From an uncultured Holosporaceae bacterium (lineage in GTDB: Bacteria; Pseudomonadota; Alphaproteobacteria; UBA3830; CASESI01): DNA of 64,000 nt. This document shows, piece after piece, positions 38,362 to 45,182 of the stretch. A program made the position numbers and the translations under genes. A model generated the notes under the pieces. That model was not told where the DNA came from and made no database searches. It was given only the letters and a program-made list of their open reading frames with translations. The stretch is from assembly GCA_949290705.1 (NCBI GenBank), contig CASESI010000013.1:76755-140754 (forward strand), read 5' to 3'. Each line of letters begins with the position of its first letter. Positions within the stretch are counted from its first letter, which is position 1.

Positions 38362-39546
38362 TTATGATTGAATCAACCTTACTATGTATTTTGAACTTTC
38401 TTTTATCTTCACAAGAGCCTCTGAGCTTAACTGTTCCAAAATTTCTTCATTCATCAAATTCATCATCTCTTCCTGCACGTCTGTATCTTCAATAGAGCTC
38501 AATGCAGCTTGAATATTATTCTTTTGAATTGTTAACAATGTTTCAGAATTATCTATGTTCGTTATAGCAGATAGTTCAGCCTGATAATTATTCGCTACAT
38601 TATCAATCGTTGCCGAAATCGCAGCAAGAATATTTGTTCTTGATAAACTATTTTCTCTTACAAAGTCACGAATGGCTTTTACAACATCATTTTTATCACC
38701 ACCAGCCTTAACATTCGTAATAATACCATCTAATTTGTTCTTTAGTTGCGTATCATTCACTGCAGTTTGTGCAGCAGTTTTAGCTTCATTCAAGTCTTGT
38801 GCTTCAGCTGCACCCTTAATTGCGTCTTGGATTTTTTCCATATCAGCATCGGAAATTACGGAAGAATCTTTACTTGCAAATAACTTATACAAATCATCAT
38901 TAGAAAATAAATTTTTTAAATCCGATGTTCCGCCATCGTACCTATTTTCTGTATCATCGTACGTACCACTATAAGCCGTAATATTACTTGCAAAATCTAT
39001 ATTCTTAACAGTTATGTCAAAATCATCATGTGGACTCATTGAAAAGTGTATTGTTTTTGTTAGATTTAAATCATCATTTAACCTATCAGTTTTTTGGAAT
39101 GTTTTTTCCCCAAGGAAATCTGTATTATTTATTGTACTTTCTATCGTATTTATTATAACATTTATCTCCTCTTGTAGAGCTTGCCTGGTTGATTTACCTC
39201 TTATATACTCTTGATCTGTATTTCCGCCATTAATTTTAAAATCTGTCGCAATATCATTAATTTTTGTTTTCAAACTTTCATATTTTTCGCGCAATAACTG
39301 CGTTGTTTCAAGAGCTATTTCCATCCTACTGGAATATTTTGAAATATTTTTAAACAGGTTGTTATACTGACTTATAGAAGTTTTCAGTGTAGAAATATTT
39401 CTAAATTCAGATATACCATCTCTTGGGTGGTTATAATTCTTTCCTGAAGCCAATTTTGTTAATGTCTCTCCTTTCGATTTTGCATTATTTTTATTGCTCT
39501 TCATAATAGAGTTTTGCGATCTGATGCTTACGAATGATATAGCCAT
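38362..39546 (-). CDS. Flagellin-family protein, short-class paralog 4 (394 aa)
   Basis: MAISFVSIRSQNSIM...KGETLTKLASGKNYNHPRDGISEF... aligns to flagellin ND0/ND1. C-terminal IEDTDVQEEMMNLMNEEILEQLSSEALVKIKESSKYIVRLIQS aligns to CD0. GGAGG RBS. Confidence 0.75.
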   Translation of the reverse strand: MAISFVSIRSQNSIMKSNKNNAKSKGETLTKLASGKNYNHPRDGISEFRNISTLKTSISQYNNLFKNISKYSSRMEIALETTQLLREKYESLKTKINDIATDFKINGGNTDQEYIRGKSTRQALQEEINVIINTIESTINNTDFLGEKTFQKTDRLNDDLNLTKTIHFSMSPHDDFDITVKNIDFASNITAYSGTYDDTENRYDGGTSDLKNLFSNDDLYKLFASKDSSVISDADMEKIQDAIKGAAEAQDLNEAKTAAQTAVNDTQLKNKLDGIITNVKAGGDKNDVVKAIRDFVRENSLSRTNILAAISATIDNVANNYQAELSAITNIDNSETLLTIQKNNIQAALSSIEDTDVQEEMMNLMNEEILEQLSSEALVKIKESSKYIVRLIQS

Positions 39547-39582
39547 TTTCTGTTCCTCCTTGTATTTTCATCTTTCATATTA

Positions 39583-40527
39583 CTAATTTTGTACCAACCT
39601 TATTACAAATCTGGCGCTGTCCTTAATTGCCTTTAATGCCTCTGCGCTGAGCTCCTCCAAAATCTGCGCCTGCATCAAATTTACCATTTCTTCTTGAATA
39701 TCAACATCTTCCATAGCGCTTATCGCAGCTTCTGTATTAGCTTTTTTAACATATGATAAATCTTCCATATTACTCAAAGTTTCTATATTGCTGAGTAAAA
39801 TATTATAGTTATTGTACGCCGTCCTTGCCGCCGTTGTTAATGCATCATAAAGTGTAGATTTTTTCATGTGATTTGCAGTTGTACCAGAAAAAGTATTATA
39901 ATTACCTAATTCTCCAGTAGGAGGGGTAGTACCAGCTGCATCGGCTCTATACACCAACTTTTTCAAATTATCCTCCGTAACATTTGTTGTTGTACCAACT
40001 GCAAGTGCGGCCAATGACACATCAAGCTTAACACCATCTCTCTCTGAAATTATCAACTCTATTTTTGTTCCATCTGCATTCACAACATTTTTACCATCAA
40101 GTTTTGTATTAAGTAAATTCTTAATTGCGTCAATAGAGACATTTACGTCATTCTGTAATTGTTGCCTTAATATTTTATTGAATTTCTCTGTATCAGTAGG
40201 AGTTGCAGACCAGCCGCCGATATTAGTTGGTATATCATTAATCTTTATTGCAAGTTTTGTATATTGTTCATAAACCAAATCAACCACAGAAAGCGCCGTC
40301 TCTAATCTACTTTTCGCAAGCTTTATATTTTTAGTAGTTTTTTCATATTCATTCAAATCCTTCCGCATCCTTTGAATGCGTGAAAATTCTTCTATTCCAT
40401 CGCTTGAGTTAAATATTTTCTTTCCAGTAGACAATCGTTTCAACACAGCACCTTTATTCCTTGCGACATTCCGCGAAGTTTGCATTATATTAAGTTGGTC
40501 TCTGATTGGTATAAATGATATAGCCAT
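39583..40527 (-). CDS. Flagellin-family protein, short-class paralog 3 (314 aa)
   Basis: MAISFIPIRDQLNIM...KGAVLKRLSTGKKIFNSSDGIEEF... at the N-terminus. C-terminal MEDVDIQEEMVNLMQAQILEELSAEALKAIKDSARFVIRLVQN. GGAGG RBS. Confidence 0.75.
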   Translation of the reverse strand: MAISFIPIRDQLNIMQTSRNVARNKGAVLKRLSTGKKIFNSSDGIEEFSRIQRMRKDLNEYEKTTKNIKLAKSRLETALSVVDLVYEQYTKLAIKINDIPTNIGGWSATPTDTEKFNKILRQQLQNDVNVSIDAIKNLLNTKLDGKNVVNADGTKIELIISERDGVKLDVSLAALAVGTTTNVTEDNLKKLVYRADAAGTTPPTGELGNYNTFSGTTANHMKKSTLYDALTTAARTAYNNYNILLSNIETLSNMEDLSYVKKANTEAAISAMEDVDIQEEMVNLMQAQILEELSAEALKAIKDSARFVIRLVQN

Positions 40528-40799
40528 CTTTTCCTCCCTGTTTTTAAACCTTAACTACATAAACTACGCCCTTATCAAATTCACAATATATTTCGAACTT
40601 TCTTTAATCTTAATCAAAGCTTCTGAGCTGAGTTCCTCCAGAATCTGCGCCTGCATCAGATTTATCATTTCCTCTTGAACATCAATATCCTCCAAAGCAC
40701 TTATTGCTGCCTCGGTGTTGGTTTTCTGTACCTGCGCCAAAGTGTCAATGTTCGACAAATTCGTAATACCGGAAAGTATTAATCGATAGTTATTGTCTG
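40494..40799. repeat. Tandem repeat copy A: 5' codons of a flagellin gene + intergenic + 3' end of the next flagellin gene
   Basis: Direct comparison with 41538-41842. The 3' coding stretch 40564-40799 vs 41607-41842 differs at about a dozen positions by eye. The intergenic CCATCTTTTCCTCCCTGTTTT(T)AAACCTTAACTACATAAACTACGCCC differs by one T. Confidence 0.85.
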
Positions 40800-41571
40800 T
40801 CTTTGATTTATTTTCTGTAACGTTGTGAATGAAAACATCTATTTGCTTAAATTGACCCTTCCATGGATCTGTTCCACTTGATAAAACTAACTCTACAGTT
40901 TTAATTGTGTTCGCTGCACCAATTGTACTTAATGGTAACAAAGGGCTTTCTGTTACACTAACTGTACCATAATCATTAAGTGCAAATGAAAGGCTACTAT
41001 TTGTTTGATAATTAAAACTTGCAGGCGGGGTGAAAGTTTTTTCTTTCCATTTTTTATTAGTAGCGTCAACTTCTTGTACTTTACTATTTAACATTATATT
41101 TTGCTCTTGTAGGAAGTCAGATTTTCCATTTGTTCTTGTCCCCATCTCAAAAGCAACGGCACTCCCATCAAATTTGGTTTGCAATGTACTATTAATCGTA
41201 TTAATCGTCGCGTTGATTTCCGCTGTGTAATACGCATCATCAGCTGACCCTGCAGGCAATGTTGTAAGGCTTTTAACTTCATTTAATTGCTTTAACAAAG
41301 TATCATATTGTTCACCCAAGGATTGCTGAACCGAAAGCGCAGTCTCAAGTTGGCTTATCCCAAGTGAAACATCCTTTATTGCTCTTGCATACGAATCAAG
41401 GGATGTACGCATATTTGAAATCTTTCTGTAATCCGCAACATCATCTCTTGGATCGGCAACCTTTTTTCCCGTCGCAAGTCTTTTCAAAACTTGTCCCTTG
41501 TTCTCCGCACTTGACCTGTTTCCTGTGATCACTCTTGCTTGGTCTCTGACCGGTATAAATGATATAGCCAT
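40564..41571 (-). CDS. Flagellin-family protein, short-class paralog 2 (335 aa)
   Basis: MAISFIPVRDQARVITGNRSSAENKGQVLKRLATGKKVADPRDDVADYRKISNMRTSL...LGISQLETAL aligns to flagellin ...ERLSSGLRINSAKDDAAG...GIS.AQT.EGAL. C-terminal LEDIDVQEEMINLMQAQILEELSSEALIKIKESSKYIVNLIRA. Confidence 0.8.
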   Translation of the reverse strand: MAISFIPVRDQARVITGNRSSAENKGQVLKRLATGKKVADPRDDVADYRKISNMRTSLDSYARAIKDVSLGISQLETALSVQQSLGEQYDTLLKQLNEVKSLTTLPAGSADDAYYTAEINATINTINSTLQTKFDGSAVAFEMGTRTNGKSDFLQEQNIMLNSKVQEVDATNKKWKEKTFTPPASFNYQTNSSLSFALNDYGTVSVTESPLLPLSTIGAANTIKTVELVLSSGTDPWKGQFKQIDVFIHNVTENKSKTDNNYRLILSGITNLSNIDTLAQVQKTNTEAAISALEDIDVQEEMINLMQAQILEELSSEALIKIKESSKYIVNLIRA

Positions 41572-41842
41572 CTTTTCCTCCCTGTTTTAAACCTTAACTA
41601 CATAAACTACGCCCTTATCAAATTCACAATATATTTCGAACTTTCTTTAATCTTAATCAACGCTTCTGAGCTGAGTTCCTCCAGAATCTGCGCCTGCATC
41701 AGATTTATCATTTCCTCTTGGACATCGATATCCTCCAAAGCACTTATCGCAGCCTCGGTGTTGGTTTTTTGCACCTGCGCCAAAGTGTCAATATTCGACA
41801 AATTCGTAATACCGGAAAGTATTAACCGATAATTGTTGTCTG
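41538..41842. repeat. Tandem repeat copy B (partner of 40494-40799)
   Basis: See copy A. In addition, 41393-41571 and 42253-42431 (the 5' coding ends of the two genes) are highly similar. Confidence 0.85.
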
Positions 41843-42431
41843 CTTTCGTCACGTTACCTGTTGCATGAACTATTGCATTGCCCTCTACAGCAGTTTTTAA
41901 ATCATTCCAAGCGGTATACGTATAAAACTCATTAAATTGAGTCGTTGTGACAGTTGTATCATTGTAATCCTTAATTTTCACTGTTAATACTTGATTACCT
42001 GGGGTTGCCGCGCTAGACACAACAGTTTCATTATTAAATTTTGTGGCAAGAGTACTATTAATTGCAGCAATTGTGCCATTAACACTATTTAAATAATAGG
42101 TTTGATTGGTATTTGTTGTATTTTTATTTTCTTTGGCTTCTTCAAGCTGTTTTCCAAGTGTTGTATACAACTCCATCAAACTCTGTGTTACGGAAAGCGC
42201 TGTTTCAAATTTGCTTATTCCGAACGAAACTTCTTTTATCGCATTTTTATATGAATCAAGCGATGTACGCATGTTCGAAATCTTTCTATAATCCGCAACA
42301 TCATCTCTTGGATCGGCAACCTTTTTTCCCGTCGCAAGTCTTTTCAAAACACGACCTTTATTTTCCGCACTTGATCTGTTTCCTGCGATCACTCTTGCTT
42401 GGTCTCTGACCGGTATAAATGATATAGCCAT
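41607..42431 (-). CDS. Flagellin-family protein, short-class paralog 1 (274 aa)
   Basis: N- and C-terminal regions are nearly identical to the 335-aa paralog but the central region differs. Start taken at MAISF (ATG 42429-42431), since the GGAGG RBS lies within the 4 extra codons of the track ORF. Confidence 0.8.
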   Translation of the reverse strand: MAISFIPVRDQARVIAGNRSSAENKGRVLKRLATGKKVADPRDDVADYRKISNMRTSLDSYKNAIKEVSFGISKFETALSVTQSLMELYTTLGKQLEEAKENKNTTNTNQTYYLNSVNGTIAAINSTLATKFNNETVVSSAATPGNQVLTVKIKDYNDTTVTTTQFNEFYTYTAWNDLKTAVEGNAIVHATGNVTKADNNYRLILSGITNLSNIDTLAQVQKTNTEAAISALEDIDVQEEMINLMQAQILEELSSEALIKIKESSKYIVNLIRA

Positions 42432-42511
42432 CTTTTCCTCCATGTTTTAAGCTATCTTCTAATACTAGAAAAAAAACAAAACTACAGAGAAAAAACACTA
42501 CAAATGAAAAA

Positions 42512-45034
42512 CTAAAATAATTTTAATAAATTTTGTTTTGCCTTAAGTTCACGTGAAAGTGATTCTATTGCAGCAGATTGTTGTAATTCGAATTGCGACA
42601 AATTCACCATTTCTGAAGGAATATCCAAATCGAATATCGCACTTGCAGCCAATTGTGCATTTTTTACAGTATTTGCAAGGTTATCTATTGTCTTTTCAAC
42701 ACGATTTTGTGCAACCGCAATGTCAGCAACCCTCATAAGAACAGCTTCCAATATTCCATCAAGACGGTCTTTTGTTCTAGGGACATTATCCCTGGTTTTA
42801 ATTTCAAAATCATCCTTATCCATTCCTAACCTTGCAGAAGTCACGGCTTCAATCCTGACAGAAATCCTATCAAAATCCTCTTCCGAAGCACCAACCTTGA
42901 AAACCAAATCTATGCTGTCCGAATGATTTGCAAATGTAATAGATGTATTTTTCAGTTCATTCAGTGTAATAACTTTCGTATTATCAGGAATTTTTTTCAT
43001 AGCATCTTTGTAAGATATGGTACTATTTTCCGAAATTTCAATTTTCATTACAAGTGTATCTATTCTATCTACACCCTTCTTATTGAAATGTCTTTTGAAT
43101 GTTATTTCGTGTATTCCTTGACCAAGTCTCTTCTCAGCCAACCCATCATCATCTTTTAATGTATAATCATGTTCATTGTTAGTTATATTGTAATCAAACT
43201 CTGACTCAAACCTACTTCCATCTTCAGCCTCTAGGTATAATTTTGATTTACCAAAAGTTCCTGACATCTTTACGTCAAAAGACTTTAAATCTGTAAGATT
43301 TCCACTCAAAGAAGTAATATATGGTGATGGAACTTGAATATTTTTCATTTTCACTTTCACATCAGATTGATTTTGCAATCTTACTGTCTTTCCTTTTTCG
43401 TACACATACCCGTCCCCATCAACATCATATTTATTATTAAATTCTGTAAGATTTGTTGTTATAAGAGTCGATACTTCATCTTTCCTGGTTATTGCACCAT
43501 TTTTCGGCTTATAAACCATATTGTTGCGGTCAAGTTCAATATCACTACTAATAGTAAATTGTGCATTAACAGCAGCGCCTGTTCCACCACTTGTTTGTAA
43601 TTTATTTACATGTGCTGTATCAGATTTATCATATACATATCCGTCTTTATCCAGAATATGTTGTACAGGATCAAATGTAAATGTTCCACTTGTAGCATCA
43701 CCTACTATTCTATTAGCGCCATTTTTAAGCGTATACGAAGATTTATCTAAATCCTCCTCAACCTCTATCTTAATTTCAACACCATTATTCGCTTGATACC
43801 TAACATTTCCAGTAGACGTACCATTTTCACCATCACCTTTCAGGTATACATATCCATCATTTGCAACATAAAATTTACCATCTGGCTTTAATGTATCCGT
43901 GGTATTCATAATTTGATACGAACCATCTATATTCTGCACAGGAACCACTTTTCTTTCATTATTTACCATACGGATCGTAATACCATTTCCATCATCATTT
44001 AACTTATTGATGTATTTATTATTTCCTGTATCCCAAGTTAATAATTTTCCAGTATCATAATCTATGTAATCAGGGTGATTAGGAGTTGTATTTAAATCTA
44101 AACCGTATACACCACCGTCTGCTCCAAGATATTTTCCTGTTTTTTCATCAGTTAATGGTTCTCTCAAAATCATTGGATTTATAGAAAATTTGCCATTCGC
44201 AGAATTAATATCATAATTAACATTCAATAAAGCATTATTTTCGTTTGTCTGTGAAAGTTTATCTGCATACTTCATACCAAAGCTTTTTGTTTTATCAAAA
44301 TATGAGTTCAGCGATATATTGAGTTTCATTTGATGGAATCTGTACTTTTCCGTTTTTCCATCTTCTATATCCTTTTCATCAAGAACAACATATTCAGATT
44401 CTCCTGTATTAACACTTATAGCTGTTAACTTTTTCGTTTCGGCATCATATTCAAATCTTGTACCACCTGAAACTGAATCACTGTCAAAAGTAATATTTTG
44501 TATTCCTCCTCCAAATGTGCGTTCACTACTTAAAAAACCTTCTCTCAATGATACATCATCCGGATCAGCCGGATCAATTTCACCAAATTTATCACTTTCT
44601 ATAGTAATACTTCCAGACAACAAATGCATGTTGTTGAATTCCGTAGTTTTTGCAATTCTATCTATTTCATCACGTGAATCGAGAAACTCCTTATTAATTT
44701 TTTCTCTATCACTATCTGACAATTGCTCTCCTGCAGCTTGTTCAGCAAGTGTACGCATTCTTGTAATCAACGCTGTAATACTTGATAATGCGGAATCAGC
44801 GACATCAAGTGTAGAATTTATTTGAGTCGAAGAGATTAATACCTGGTTTATAGACTGCATCTTCATCTTTAACTTCGTTCCGATTGCAGCATCAGCAACA
44901 GCATCAGAGGCCTTTTCAACACGCAAGGCAGAAGATATTTTTCTCAACGAATCCGATCTTCTTACTTCTGACAACCCTATGTGCTTAATAGAGCTTATCG
45001 ATCCTCTTCCCTCTGAAAATCCTACATTTCTCAT
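42512..45034 (-). CDS. Giant flagellin (840 aa)
   Basis: The canonical N-domain is LRKISSALRVEKASDAVADAAIGTKLKMKMQSINQ...DVADSALSSITALITRMRTLAEQAAGEQLSDSDREKINKEFLDSRDEIDRIAKTTEFNNMHLLSG. The C-domain is ...VAQNRVEKTIDNLANTVKNAQLAASAIFDLDIPSEMVNLSQFELQQSAAIESLSRELKAKQNLLKLF. A large central insert lies between them. AGAGG RBS. Confidence 0.85.
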   Translation of the reverse strand: MRNVGFSEGRGSISSIKHIGLSEVRRSDSLRKISSALRVEKASDAVADAAIGTKLKMKMQSINQVLISSTQINSTLDVADSALSSITALITRMRTLAEQAAGEQLSDSDREKINKEFLDSRDEIDRIAKTTEFNNMHLLSGSITIESDKFGEIDPADPDDVSLREGFLSSERTFGGGIQNITFDSDSVSGGTRFEYDAETKKLTAISVNTGESEYVVLDEKDIEDGKTEKYRFHQMKLNISLNSYFDKTKSFGMKYADKLSQTNENNALLNVNYDINSANGKFSINPMILREPLTDEKTGKYLGADGGVYGLDLNTTPNHPDYIDYDTGKLLTWDTGNNKYINKLNDDGNGITIRMVNNERKVVPVQNIDGSYQIMNTTDTLKPDGKFYVANDGYVYLKGDGENGTSTGNVRYQANNGVEIKIEVEEDLDKSSYTLKNGANRIVGDATSGTFTFDPVQHILDKDGYVYDKSDTAHVNKLQTSGGTGAAVNAQFTISSDIELDRNNMVYKPKNGAITRKDEVSTLITTNLTEFNNKYDVDGDGYVYEKGKTVRLQNQSDVKVKMKNIQVPSPYITSLSGNLTDLKSFDVKMSGTFGKSKLYLEAEDGSRFESEFDYNITNNEHDYTLKDDDGLAEKRLGQGIHEITFKRHFNKKGVDRIDTLVMKIEISENSTISYKDAMKKIPDNTKVITLNELKNTSITFANHSDSIDLVFKVGASEEDFDRISVRIEAVTSARLGMDKDDFEIKTRDNVPRTKDRLDGILEAVLMRVADIAVAQNRVEKTIDNLANTVKNAQLAASAIFDLDIPSEMVNLSQFELQQSAAIESLSRELKAKQNLLKLF

Positions 45035-45060
45035 TTCTTGTTACCTCTTTTTGTATTCAT

Positions 45061-45076
45061 TGCAATTTACGTGCCA
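45061..45076 (-). promoter_or_regulatory. Sigma54 (-24/-12) promoter of the 840-aa flagellin gene
   Basis: The minus strand reads TGGCAC-GTAAA-TTGCA, an exact match to the TGGCAC-N5-TTGCW consensus. The -12 element lies about 27 nt upstream of the ATG, leaving room for a short leader with the AGAGG RBS. Confidence 0.75.
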
Positions 45077-45182
45077 AACTTACACTAAATTACTAATTTT
45101 TTTAACTTTCATAAACATATCCTAAAACTAGTAAATCTTTTATTAACATTGCAAAAAAAATAATAAAAATACAAAAATAAAA

